DNA from: an uncultured Actinomycetota bacterium
Lineage (GTDB): Bacteria; Actinomycetota; Actinomycetes; Mycobacteriales; CADCTP01
Length of the DNA stretch: 64,000 bases
Assembly: GCA_963770145.1 (NCBI GenBank)
Contig: CAVYOJ010000002.1
Span: 180,848-244,847 of the forward strand
Direction of reading: 5' to 3'
The notes beneath the pieces are model-generated. The model saw only the letters and a list, made by a program, of their open reading frames with translations, had not been told where the DNA came from and did not search any database. Shown here in pieces: positions 30,795 through 41,026 of the stretch (the stretch's first letter is position 1; each line of letters opens with the position of its first letter). The position numbers were made by a program, and so were the translations under genes.

Positions 30795-32039
30795 TCAGAA
30801 GCCGACAAGCGGCGCGAGCGGCATCGGGTCGCGAGCCCGCTCCAGGACCCGTCTGGCCGCGCGGCCCGTGACCGCGGTCGTGGCGCCAGCGGGTCAGGTC
30901 GGAGTGCTCCGTGCTCCGGCGGTGACGATCCGACGCGTCGAGGAGTCCGCCGGTGCCAGCTCGGCTCGCGACCCGCGCGCAGTCGCGCAGCGCGACCAGC
31001 ACGACCTCCTCGTCGTGGTCGAGCGAGCGCCGGTTGAAGTTGGACGAGCCGACCACCGCCGCGATGCCGTCCACGATCATGATCTTGGCGTGCATCATCG
31101 CCGGCTGGAAGTTCCAGACCCGCACGCCGCAGCTGGTCAGCTGGTCGTACGCGGCCTCGCTGGCGAGCTGGCAGACCCGCTTGTCCGCGTGCGGGCCGGG
31201 CAGCAGCACGTCCACCTCGACCCCGCGTCCGCCGCCGCGCACAGCCGGTCGAGGAAGAAGTCGTCCGGCGCGAAGTATGCGGTGGCCAGCCGAGAGCCGC
31301 TCGGTCGCCGAGTCCAGCATCACCCGGAACGTCGTCTGCAGGTCGTCCCAGCCGATCGAGGCCGACCCGCGCACCACCTGCGCCACGGTCGTGCCGCGCC
31401 TGCTGCTGCTGCGGGAACGGTCGCCGTCGTCGTAGAGCTCCCGGCCGCTCTCGGCCCAGTTCTGCGCGAACGCGGCGCGCAGGCCGTCGACCGCCGGGCC
31501 CGCGCACCTCCACGTGGGTGTCCCGCCACTCGTGCTCGTCGCGGGCGTCGCCGCACCACTCCTCGGCGATGCCGACCCCGCCGGTGAACGCGATCTCCTC
31601 GTCGACGACGAGGACCTTGCGGTGGCAGCGGTGGTTCTGCTTGAGCGGCGAGTTGAGCCACGGCTTGCGGAACCACTCGACGTGCACGCCGGCCTCGTCC
31701 ATCCGGTCGACCAGGCCCTTCTCGATCTGCAGGCCGCCGACGGCGTCGATCAGCAGCCGGACCCGCACGCCGCGCCGGGCCGCGGCGGACAGCGTCTCGG
31801 CGAACCGGGTCGCGATGTCGCCCTTCCAGTAGACGTACGTCATCAGGTCGACGCTGCGCTCGGCCTGCTCGATCGCGCCGCAGCATCGCCGGGAAGATCC
31901 GGTCGCCGTTGCGCAGCACGGTGAGCTGGTTGCCTTCGGTGAAGGCGATGCCGGTCAGGCACTCGAGCGTCCGGCGGATCCGCTGCTTGCGGCTCGTCCA
32001 GCCCGGGCGCTGCTCCAGACTGGCGCTGGTGTCGGTCAC
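30795..32039 (-). CDS. phospholipase D-family protein (cardiolipin synthase-like, two HKD motifs); frame interrupted about 5 times
   Basis: GTG at 32039 with RBS GGAAGGAG. LTVLRNGDRIFPAML is present. HKD1 reads HRKVLVVDEEIAFTGGVG and HKD2 reads HAKIMIVDGIAAVVGSSNFNRRS. The C-terminus ARRVLERARDPMPLAPLVGF* ends at TGA 30795-30797 in a shifted frame. Confidence 0.8.
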
Positions 32040-32127
32040 TGCGCTCCTTCCGCGGACCCCGTGCCGGATCGGCTTTGCCCACAGTTGAGAATCGGTCACG
32101 CCTGCGCCGTGATGACGGGATCGGCGG

Positions 32128-32781
32128 TCAGTGCTCGCCTCGCCGCCGCCGCAGCCGCTCCCGATACGACGGCGGGCAGACCGTGCCGGTGTCGCCGAGC
32201 AGCAGCGCCGCGTAGGTCAGCTTCGCCGCCTCCTCCAGGTTGAGCGCCCGGCGCAGGGCCATCTCGACCGAGTCCGCGACCACCGAGCAGCCGTGGTGGG
32301 ACAGCACCACGCAGTCGCAGCCGTCGCAGCAGCGCGGCCGCCTCGCTGGCCAGCTCGGGCGTGCCCGGATGCCGGAACGGCGCGACCCGCACCGGCGCCG
32401 ACGTACGCGGCGTGGTCGGTGGTGATCGTCCGGATCGGGTGGCCGAGCGCGGCCAGCAGCACCGAGGTCTGCGGGTGCACGTGCACGATCGCGCTGGCGT
32501 CCGGCCGGGCCCGGTAGCACTCCAGGTGCAGCGCCAGCTCGGTGGACGGATCGGCCGCGCCGCCGACGACCGCGCCGTCGGCGATCCGGACCAGCGTGAA
32601 GTCGGCCGGCATCGAGCCGGTCCAGCCAGGTGCCGCGCGCGGTCACCGCGGCGACCGCGCCGCCCGGCTCGCGGGCGGACAGGTTGCCGCCGGAGGCGAG
32701 CACGAGGCCGGCGCGGACCAGGGCCCGGCCGGCGTCGACCAGCTCCTCGACGAGCCCGGTCCACTCCGGGTCGGTCGGCGC
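32128..32781 (-). CDS. class II aldolase/adducin family protein (methylthioribulose-1-phosphate dehydratase-like); frame interrupted about 3 times, start uncertain
   Basis: LVLASGGNLSAREPGG, STELALHLECYRARPDASAIVHVHPQ and VVLSHHGCSVVADSVEMALRRALNLEEAAKL are spread over ORFs 32128..32703, 32217..32612 and 32096..33667. Confidence 0.7.
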   Translation of the reverse strand, partial: APTDPEWTGLVEELVDAGRALVRAGLVLASGGNLSAREPGGAVAAVTARGTWLDRLDAGRLHAGPDRRRRGRRRRGRSVHRAGAAPGVLPGPAGRQRDRARAPADLGAAGRARPPDPDDHHRPRRVRRRRCGSRRSGIRARPSWPARRPRCCDGCDCVVLSHHGCSVVADSVEMALRRALNLEEAAKLTYAALLLGDTGTVCPPSYRERLRRRRGEH

Positions 32782-32784
32782 CAG

Positions 32785-34128
32785 TCAGGCTCCGCCAGCC
32801 GGGCGGCCGCGGCCTGCACCCGGCGGCACGCCTCGGCCACGTCGACGGTGCGTGCAGTCGCCGTCCGCGCACCACCTGCCGGCCGCCGACCCAGACGTCG
32901 CGCACCGCCGACCGCGACACCGACCACACCGCGTGCGCGGCGAGGTCGTCGTCCGACAGCACCGGGACGAAGCCCGGGATCGTCCAGGTCGAGCCGGACG
33001 ATGTCCGCCCACCGGCCGGGCGCCAGCGACGCCGAGGTCCGGCCGGCCGAGCGCCGCGGCGCCGCCCGCGGTCGCCAGGTCGAGCACCTCGGCCGCCGGC
33101 AGCACGGTCGGGTCGCGCTCCCGCATGCCGGGCGAAGAGCGCGGCCAGCCGCATCTCCTCCCAGAGGTCCAGGTCGTTGTTGCTGGCCGGGCCGTCGGTG
33201 CCGAGCCCGACCGGGACGCCGGCCCGGCGCAGCGCGCGGCACCGCCGGCGGTGCCGGAGGCGAGCTTGGCGTTGCTGCTCGGGCAGTGCGCGACCGCGAC
33301 CCCGTGGTCGGCGAGCAGCGCGACGTCCTTCTGGGTCAGCCAGACCCCGTGCGCGGCCAGCACCCGGTCGACGTCGAACACGCCGAGGTCGGCCAGCACC
33401 TGCGGCCACCGACGCACCGCCGTGCCGGGCCGACACCTCGTCGCCCTCGTGCTCGGTCTCGGCCAGGTGCACGGTGCACCGGCGCGCCGGCCGCCCGGGC
33501 CGCCTCGCCGATCGCGACCAGCGCCTCGTCCGGCAGCGCGTACGCCGAGTGCGGCCCGAAGCCGACCTCGATCCGCGGGTGGTCGGCGTACCGGTCCCGC
33601 AGCCGGAGCGATCCACTCGATCCGGTCGGCCCAGCTGCCGAACCGCTCCCAGCCCGGGCGCGACCACGATGCCCGGCGTCGAGCAGGCAGCGGCTGCCGG
33701 CCGCGTCGACGGCCTCGGCCAGCAGGTCGTCGTGGAAGTACATCTCCACGGAGGTGGTCACGCCGAAGCGGAGCAGCTCGGCGGCGGCGAGCGTCATCCC
33801 CCAGTAGACGTCGTCCGGGCCGACCCTGCGCCTCGCGCGGCCAGATCACCTCGTGCAGCCAGCGGTCCAGCGGCAGGCCCTCGCCCTGGCCGCGCAGCAG
33901 CGTCATCGGCCAGTGCGAGTGGGCGTTGATCAGGCCGGGCAGAGCAGGCCGCCGACCCGGCGGACCGTCCACTCGCGCACCGTCCGGTGTGGACTCCGCG
34001 GCCGCCGGCCGACCGGGCCGACGCGGGTGATCCGGCCGTCCGGGCCGATGTCGACGGCGCCGGGCCGGTGCACGACGCCGCTGCCGTCGCAGGGCAGCAC
34101 CGCGTCGGCGACGAGTCGGGTCGGTCAC
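32785..34128 (-). CDS. amidohydrolase, 5-methylthioadenosine/S-adenosylhomocysteine deaminase-like; frame interrupted many times (about 8)
   Basis: GTG at 34128 forms a GTGA overlap with the mtnA stop. [66 protein letters not shown] and [14 protein letters not shown] are found in several minus frames. Confidence 0.75.
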   Translation of the reverse strand: MTDPTRRRRGAALRRQRRRAPARRRRHRPGRPDHPRRPGRPAAAESTPDGARVDGPPGRRPALPGLINAHSHWPMTLLRGQGEGLPLDRWLHEVIWPREAQGRPGRRLLGDDARRRRAAPLRRDHLRGDVLPRRPAGRGRRRGRQPLPARRRASWSRPGWERFGSWADRIEWIAPAAGPVRRPPADRGRLRAALGVRAAGRGAGRDRRGGPGGRRAGAPCTWPRPSTRATRCRPGTAVRRWPQVLADLGVFDVDRVLAAHGVWLTQKDVALLADHGVAVAHCPSSNAKLASGTAGGAARCAGPASRSGSAPTARPATTTWTSGRRCGWPRSSPGMRERDPTVLPAAEVLDLATAGGAAALGRPDLGVAGARPVGGHRPARPGRSRASSRCCRTTTSPRTRCGRCRGRRCATSGSAAGRWCADGDCTHRRRGRGVPPGAGRGRPAGGA

Positions 34129-35133
34129 AGCGTCTCTCCCTCGGCCGGCCGTACGGTCCGCCGCTCGGTGACGACGGCGGTGACCAGGTCTGCCGGCGTC
34201 ACGTCGAAGGCCGGGTTGTACGCCGGCCCGGCGGCCACCTCGGCCGGGTCGCGCTCCTCGATCTCGATGCTCGCGCCGGTCGGCGTACCGGCATCCACAG
34301 TGGACTCGGGCGCGGCGACGACGAACGGGACGCCGGCCCGGGCGGCGGCGAGCGCCAGCGGGTAGGTGCCGACCTTGTTGGCCACGTCGCCGTTGGCGGC
34401 GATCCGGTCGGCGCCGACCACGACCGCGTCGACCAGGCCGCGGGCGATCAGCGAGGGCGCCGCGCCGTCGACCATCACCCGGTGGTCGATGTGCTGCGCG
34501 GCCAGCTCCTACGCGGTGAGCCGGGCGCCCTGCAGCAGCGGCCGGGTCTCGTCCGCGTACACGTGCTCGACCTGTCCGCGCTCGTGCAGGACGGCGATGA
34601 TGCCGAGCGCGGTGCCCCATTCGACGGCGGCCAGCCAGCCGGTGTTGCAGTGCGTCAGCAGCCGCAGCGGTCTGTCCGCCTGCGAGCAGGTCGGCCCCGC
34701 GCTCGCCGATGGCCCGGCATGCCTTCGCCTCCTCGTCGAGGACCGCCCGCGCCTCGGCGAGCACCGCGTCCGGCCCGTCCGCGCAGCCGGGCCAGCGCGC
34801 GATCGACGCCCCGGGCGAGGTTCACCGCCGTCGGCCGCGCGGCCCGCAGCCGTGCCGCGGCGTCCGAACGTCCCGCTCGTATCGGCCGGCCCCGCCGGCC
34901 GCCGTCTCGCCGGCGCCGTTCCCAGCCCTGGAACCGCCGGCGGCGCGGTGGGCGGCGAGCGCGACGCCGAGGGCGCCGGCGGCACCGAGGGCCGGTGCGC
35001 CGCGGACCGCGAGCCGGCGGATCGCGTCGACCAGCTCGTCCGGGTCGGTGATCACGCAGCCACCGCTCCTCGGCCGGCAGCGCGGTCTGGTCGATGAGGC
35101 GACCGCGCCGTCCGCCCAGTCGATGCACCGCAC
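34125..35133 (-). CDS. mtnA: S-methyl-5-thioribose-1-phosphate isomerase; frame interrupted about 4 times
   Basis: [11 protein letters not shown]...[56 protein letters not shown] and [27 protein letters not shown] lie in ORFs 34822..35133, 34655..35128, 34509..34985 and 34125..34478. Confidence 0.82.
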
Positions 35134-35152
35134 CGACGCAGTATCCGCGTCT

Positions 35153-35735
35153 CTATCGGTCCCGCGGAACCCGCCCGAGCAGGTGGAACTCAGGGTTCGG
35201 CCGCAGCGCCATGAGATGCGCCATCCGGTTGGACTGCGCGAACAGCGCCGCGATCGCGCCGATGTCCCACACGTCGTCGATGTCGAAGCCGTGCTGCCCG
35301 AGCTCGTCCAGGTGCTCGTCCTCGACGGTCGCGGACTCGGTGGCCACCCGCAGCGCGAAGTCGAGCATCGCCCGCTGCCGCGGCGTGATGTCGGCCTGCC
35401 GGTAGTTCGTCGCCACCTGGTCGGCGATCAGCGGGTCCTTGGCCCGGATCCGCAGGATCGCCCCGTGCGCGACGACGCAGTAGGTGCAGTCGTTGGCCGC
35501 ACTCGTCGCGACGACGATCATCTCCCGGTCGGCCTTGGACAGCCCCGGCGTCTCCTTGTCCATCAAGCGCGTCGTGGTACGCCACGAACGCCCGGAACTC
35601 AGCCGGCCGCCGCGCCAGCGCCAGGAACACGTTCGGCACGAACCCGGTCCGCTCAGCGACCGCCTCGATCCGCCCCCGCACGTCCTCCGGAAGCTCATCC
35701 AGCCCCGGCACCCCGAACCGACTGACCGCCCTCAT
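35153..35735 (-). CDS. carboxymuconolactone decarboxylase family / peroxidase-related (AhpD-like) protein; frame interrupted near 35570
   Basis: ATG at 35735. MRAVSRFGVPGLDELPEDVRGRIEAVAERTGFVPNVFLALARRPAEFRAFVAYHDAL joins MDKETPGLSKADREMIVVATSAANDCTYCVVAHG, which carries the CxxC motif. Confidence 0.8.
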
Positions 35736-35998
35736 CCCGCCACCCTCGCACGGACCGAGCAGGGTCGCGGCGACGGGTGTCGGTTGCTCGAGGCGACCCG
35801 CCCTTGCGGAATTTGATCTAGAACGAGCGCGGCGGCACGCCTGCCTGGAGGCTCGGCTGGACGGGAGAGCGCGAACTGCGCCCGGCGTACGCACGCCCCG
35901 ACGGAACGCCTTGCATTGCTCGAACAGAAAGGGGTGGAGTGGCAATGCGGGACGGGCAGGGTGGTCGGTGTCACTGAGACACCGGGAGGACCGAAGAG

Positions 35999-36474
35999 AT
36001 GATCCTGACCAGGAAGATCGCGCTGGGCGTCGCCGGGGTGGCCGCCGCCGGGGTGCTCGGCACGGCCGGGGTCGCCGCCGCCACGTCGAACGACAGCACG
36101 CCCGCGCCGAGCGCGTCGGCGGCGCCGAGCAGTCCTGCGGCGCCGGGCGACAAGGCCGATCACCGCAAGGCCAAGCGGGCCGAGCGGGCGCTGATCGGCC
36201 GTGGGCATGCACGGTGAGTGGGTGGTCAAGGGCAAGGACGGGAAGCCGGTCACGCTGGAGACGATCCGCGGCACGGTGACCGCGGTCGGGTCGTCCAGGG
36301 TGACGGTCAAGGCCGAGGACGGCTTCACCGAGACGTTCGCCACCAACTCCGACACGAAGGTCAGGGGCGGCGCCGACTCGCTCGGCGACGTCAAGGTCGG
36401 AGCCAAGGGCGCGCGTGGTCGGCGTCAAGTCCGGAAGCACCGTCACCGCCCGCGCGGTCCTGGTCCGCAAGTAG
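35999..36474 (+). CDS. secreted hypothetical protein (DUF5666-like beta repeats); frame interrupted near 36195 and 36410
   Basis: An RBS GGGAGGA precedes ATG 35999. The signal peptide reads [28 protein letters not shown]. The protein continues [42 protein letters not shown]... and ends [19 protein letters not shown] (TAG 36472-36474). Confidence 0.55.
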
Positions 36475-36534
36475 CGACGCCCGTCTTGGCGAGCGGCGCC
36501 GGGCAGGCCGCGGTCCGGGTGCTCAGGCGGACGA

Positions 36535-36569
36535 GAAGGGCCCGATCTCCGAGGGGAGTCGGGCCCTTC
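36535..36569. terminator. bidirectional hairpin between convergent genes
   Basis: GAAGGGCCCGA-(13 nt)-TCGGGCCCTTC forms a perfect 11-bp stem. It lies between the stop at 36474 (+) and the pckG stop at 36582 (-). Confidence 0.6.
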
Positions 36570-36581
36570 CGTCGGTAGGGA

Positions 36582-38411
36582 TCAGCCGAGGCGGAGGCGC
36601 AGCGCGTCGAGCTCGTCGCGCATGCCGGTCGGCAGCTTGTCGCCGATCTTGGTGAACCACTGCTCGATCTGCGGCAGCTCGTCCCGCCACTCCTCGACGT
36701 CGACCGACGTGGCCGCTCGAGGTCGGCCGGGTCCATGTCCAGCCCGGTGACGTCGAGCGACCCGGCCGCGGGCACGTACCCGACCGGCGTCTCCACCGCC
36801 GCCGCGGTGCCCTCGATCCGCTCGACCGCCCACTTCAGGACGCGGATGTTCTCGCCGAAGCCCGGCCACAGGAAGCCGCCGTCGGCGTCCCGGCGGAACC
36901 AGTTCACGTAGAAGATCCGCGGCAGCTTGGACGCGTCCGCGTGCTTGCCCATCGCGATCCAGTGCCCGAAGTAGTCGCCGGCGTTGTAGCCGATGAACGG
37001 CAGCATCGCCATCGGGTCCCGCCGCACCACGCCGACCGCGCCGGTCGCCGCGGCGGTCGTCTCGGACGACAGCGTGGCGCCGAGGAAGACGCCGTGCTGC
37101 CAGTCGCGCGACTCGGTGACCAGCGGGATCGTCGTCCTGCGCCGGCCGCCGAAGAAGATCGCGGAGATCGGCACCCCGCGCGGGTCCTCCCACTCCGGCG
37201 CGATGATCGGGCACTGCCCGGCCGGCGTGCAGAACCGCGAGTTGGGGTGGGACGAGAGCTCACCCGACGACGGGCGTCCAGTCGCGGCCCTTCCAGTCGG
37301 TCAGGTGCGCCGGCGGTTGCTCGGTCATCCCCTCCCACCAGATGTCGCCGTCATCGGTCAGGGCGACGTTGGTGAAGATCGAGTTGCCGCGCTCGATCGT
37401 GCGCATCGCGTTGGCGTTGGTCGTCCAGCCGGTGCCCGGCGCGACGCCGAAGAAGCCGTACTCCGGGTTGAGCGCGTAGAGCCGGCCGTCCTCGCCGAAT
37501 CGCATCCAGGCGATGTCGTCCCCGAGCGTCTCGACCTTCCAGCCCTGGATCGTCGGCTCCAGCATGGCCAGGTTGGTCTTGCCGCAGGCCGACGGGAACG
37601 CCGCCGCGACGTAGTAGACCTTCTGCTCCGGGGAGGTGAGCTTGAGGATCAGCATGTGCTCGGCGAGCCAGCCCTCGTCGCGCGCCTTCACGCTGACGCG
37701 ATCCGCAGCGAGTAGCACTTCTTGCCGAGCAGCGCGTTGCCGCCGTAGCCCGACCCGTACGACCAGATCATCCGCTCCTCGGGAAAGTGCGAGATGTACT
37801 TCGTCGGGTTGCACGGCCAGGCCACGTCCTGCTCGCCTTCGTCGAGCGGCGCACCCACGCTGTGCAGGCCCGGCACGAAGTCCGCGTCCTCGCCCATCCG
37901 CAACAGGGCCTTCGACCCCATCCGGGTCATGATGTGCATCGACGCAACGACGTACGGCGAGTCGGTGAGCTCCACTCCGAACATCGGCGACTCGGCGTCG
38001 AGCGGACCCATGCAGTACGGGATCACGTACATGGTCCGGCCCCGCATGCAGCCGGCGTAGAGCTCGGTCATGATCGCCTTCATGTCCGCCGGCGCCATCC
38101 AGTTGTTGGTGGCGCCGGCGTCCCGCGGGTCGACCGAGCAGATGAACGTCCGGTCCTCCACCCGGGCGACGTCACGTCGGGTCGGACGCGCACCAGAACG
38201 AGTTCGGCTTCTTCGCCGGGTCGAGCCGGCGGAACGTTCCCGCCTCGACCAGGAGGTCGGTTATCCGGACCCACTCCTCGGGCGAGCCGTCACACCACTC
38301 GATCCGCTCGGGCGTGGTCAGCTCGGCGACCTCGCGGATCCATTCGAGCAGTCGGGCATGCCTGGACGGGGCCGTGTCAGCGTCCGCACCCGGGATCGCT
38401 GAGATCGTCAT
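36582..38411 (-). CDS. pckG: phosphoenolpyruvate carboxykinase (GTP); frame interrupted about 4 times (near 38165, 37700, 37260, 36720)
   Basis: ATG at 38411 with [62 protein letters not shown] and FYVNWFRRD are spread over ORFs 38172..38411, 37688..38161, 37260..37814, 36443..37174 and 36582..37214. Confidence 0.93.
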
Positions 38412-38609
38412 GCAACATCGCCTCCTGGTCGCCGTTGACCGGAAATGCTGAAAGTCCGGCCACGCGGCCGTGCTTTGGGGATTGCTGGGAGCCTAACGCC
38501 GACGACACGCCTATCGACCTGGTCGGACTGTCGGCTGCCTCACAACTCGCGCGTAGCCTTGGGCTTTCGGCACCATGACTGCTCGGCCCGGTGACGACGG
38601 AGGAACCCG

Positions 38610-38933
38610 GTGGAGTCCGCGACGTTCACCCGCCGGCCGGAGGACTTCGACTGTCTGCACTGCGGCCTGCGGGTGCGGGGTGATGGTTATACCAACCATT
38701 GCCCGCGGTGTCTCTGGTCCCGGCACGTCGACGCCGCCGGCCCCGGCGACCGGGAGTCGACCTGCGGCGGTGCGATGGAGCCGGTCGGCGCCCTGTACGA
38801 GGGTGGCCGCACGATCGTCGTGCAGCGTTGCCAGCAATGCGGGCACACCTGGCGCAACCGGACGGCACACGACGATTCCCGCGATGCCGTACTCGCCTTG
38901 TTCGGCCGGGTGGTGGACGACCCGCGCCGCTGA
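38610..38933 (+). CDS. RNHCP domain-containing protein
   Basis: Intact ORF. GTG at 38610 follows GACGGAGGAA. It has CLHCG...YTNHCPRCLWSRHVD...CGG...CQQCGH, four Cys pairs with the RNHCP signature. Confidence 0.8.
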   Translation: MESATFTRRPEDFDCLHCGLRVRGDGYTNHCPRCLWSRHVDAAGPGDRESTCGGAMEPVGALYEGGRTIVVQRCQQCGHTWRNRTAHDDSRDAVLALFGRVVDDPRR

Positions 38934-39028
38934 ACCGCCCAGCCGGCTGCGCCGTGTGACGGATAAGCCTGTGTGCCCCCACGGGCCGCGTTTCATGCCC
39001 GCACACGACCAACGAGGAGGGCATCCAG

Positions 39029-39970
39029 GTGCGGAGAAGGCTTGCTCTGACGACGATCGGCGCGGCGGTGCTGGCGTTAGCCGGCGGGACCGTGGTGACG
39101 ACGGCGACCGCTGCGCCGGCGAGCGCGACGCTGCTGCCGAAGACGATCGCGCTCCCGGACGGCTACCAACCCGAAGGCATCGCGACGAACGGCGCGACCT
39201 TCTACGTCGGATCGCTGGCGGACGGCCGGATCATGCGTGGCAGCGTGCTCACCGGCCGGCTCTCGCCGTTCATCCCGGGGACCGCGGGTGACTCCACGAC
39301 GGGCCTCGAGGTCCACGGCAACCTGCTGTTCGCCGCCGGCGCGGCCACCGGCACGCTCAAGGCGTACGACCTGCGCAGCGGCCGCAAGCTGGCCGAGCGG
39401 CGGGTCGCGCCGGCCGGCGAGAGCTTCATCAACGACGTCACGGTGATCAAGGACGCGGCGTACTACACCGACTCGCTCAAGGCCCAGCTCTACGTCCTGC
39501 CGTTCGGCAGCAAGGGCAAGGGGCACGGTCCGAACTTCGGCAAGGTCACGGTGCTGCCCACCCCGGGCATCACGATCGGCGCCGGCTTCAACGCCAACGG
39601 CATCGAGACCACGCCGGACGGGAAGGCGCTGCTGGTCATCCAGTCCAACACCGGCACGCTGTTCCGGGTCTCGCCGCGCACCGGCGTGGCGACCCCGGTG
39701 GACGTCGGCGGCGCCGATCTCACCAACGGCGACGGCATCCTGCGCCGCGGCAGCACGCTGTTCGTGGTGCGCAACGTCAACAACCTGATCGTGGCGCTCG
39801 CGCTCAACCGGTCCGGCAGCACCGGCCGGGTGGTGCGCACGATCACCGACCCGACGCTGGACGTGCCGGCGACGATCGCACCCTTCGGCCCGTTCCTGTA
39901 CGCGGCCAACGCGCGGTTCACCACCCCGCCGACGCCGACCACGACCTACCACATCTCCCGCATTCCGTAA
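39029..39970 (+). CDS. secreted beta-propeller protein (SMP-30/gluconolactonase/LRE-like), paralog 1
   Basis: Intact ORF with RBS GAGGAGG. The signal peptide reads MRRRLALTTIGAAVLALAGGTVVTTATAAPASA. PEGIA, FINDVTV, ANGIETTPDG and TNGDGIL repeats are present. Confidence 0.72.
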   Translation: MRRRLALTTIGAAVLALAGGTVVTTATAAPASATLLPKTIALPDGYQPEGIATNGATFYVGSLADGRIMRGSVLTGRLSPFIPGTAGDSTTGLEVHGNLLFAAGAATGTLKAYDLRSGRKLAERRVAPAGESFINDVTVIKDAAYYTDSLKAQLYVLPFGSKGKGHGPNFGKVTVLPTPGITIGAGFNANGIETTPDGKALLVIQSNTGTLFRVSPRTGVATPVDVGGADLTNGDGILRRGSTLFVVRNVNNLIVALALNRSGSTGRVVRTITDPTLDVPATIAPFGPFLYAANARFTTPPTPTTTYHISRIP

Positions 39971-40056
39971 GACGTAGCGGCCGGCCCGGGTGCGCCCGGG
40001 CCGGCCGTGGCGCATCCGCCACCGATCCGCCACCGACCAGGAGGAGGCACGACAAC

Positions 40057-40992
40057 GTGCGGAAACGACTGGCCCTGACGGCTATCGCCGGCGCGGTGCT
40101 CGCGCTGGGAACGACGACCGTGGTGACCACGGCCACCGCCGCGCCGGCGAGCGCGGCGCTGCTGCCGAAGGTCATCTCGCTGCCGGACGGCTTCCGGCCC
40201 GAGGGCATCGCGACCGGTCGCGGCACCAACTTCTACGTCGGCTCCCAGGTCGACGGCGCGATCTACCGCGGCAACCTGCTCACCGGCCGCGGCGCGGTGC
40301 TTCATCCCGGGCACCGCCGGGGACACGGTCCGCGGGCTCAAGGTGGACGGCAACCGGCTGTTCGCGGCCGGCGGTCCCAGCGGCACGGTCAAGGTGTACG
40401 ACGTGCGCACCGGCCGGCTGCTGCTGCGCCAGCAGGTCGGCGCGGCCGGGCGCGAGCTTCGTCAACGACGTCGTCGTGACGCGGACGCGGCGTACTACAC
40501 CGACTCGACCGCCCAGGTCATGTACGTGCTGCCGCTCGGGCACGGCGGCCGGCTCGGCACGGTGCGTACGGTCCCGCTGACCGGCGACATCGTCTACGGC
40601 GCCGGCTTCAACGCCAACGGCATCGTGGCCAGCCCGGACGGCCGGACGCTCGTGCTGGTGCAGTCCAACACCGGCCTGCTGTTCCGGGTCTCCGCGCGCA
40701 CCGGTGTCACCACGGCGCGTCGAGCCGGCGGATTCTCGTTGACCAACGGCGACGGGCTGCTGCGCCGCGGCAACACGCTCTACGTCATGCGCAACCAGAA
40801 CAACCAGCTGGTGCAGGCGACGCTCAGCCACGACTTCACCCGGGCACGGGTATCCGCACGATCACCGACCCGAACTTCGACACGCCCGACGACGATCGCC
40901 GTTCTTCGGGCCGTTCATCTACGCGGTGAACGCACGGCTGACGACTCCGCCGACCCCGGACACCACGTACACGGTCGTGCGGGTGCCCGTGA
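40057..40992 (+). CDS. secreted beta-propeller protein, paralog 2; frame interrupted about 5 times, probable stop at 40990-40992
   Basis: It has the same architecture and high identity to 39029..39970 (MRKRLALTAIAGAVLALGTTTVVTTATAAPASAALLPKVISLPDGFRPEGIA...FNANGIVASPDGRTLVLVQSNTGLLFRVS...TNGDGLLRRGNTLYVMRN...TTYTVVRVP). It is pieced together from ORFs 40057..40479, 40343..41212 and shifted frames. Confidence 0.7.
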
Positions 40993-41026
40993 CGCGGAGC
41001 GGCCAGGCGGTGCCTGCGCGTCCGGA

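Noticed and set aside
28775-31843. 1022-aa ORF that appears to join the PLD gene and the HelD helicase into one protein
   Set aside because: It is a frame chimera. Real PLD sequence occurs only at its N-terminus and real HelD sequence only in its last third, with junk between them. PLD has its own stop (TGA 30795) and HelD its own RBS and GTG (30525).
35736-35998. Possible SAM riboswitch or other leader upstream of the methionine-salvage operon; hairpin CGGTGTC-ACTGA-GACACCG at 35967..35985
   Set aside because: The minus-strand leader shows no resemblance to the SAM-I or SAM-IV cores that I can recall. The hairpin lies on the other side, just before the RBS of the divergent secreted-protein gene, and may simply be a 5' UTR structure.
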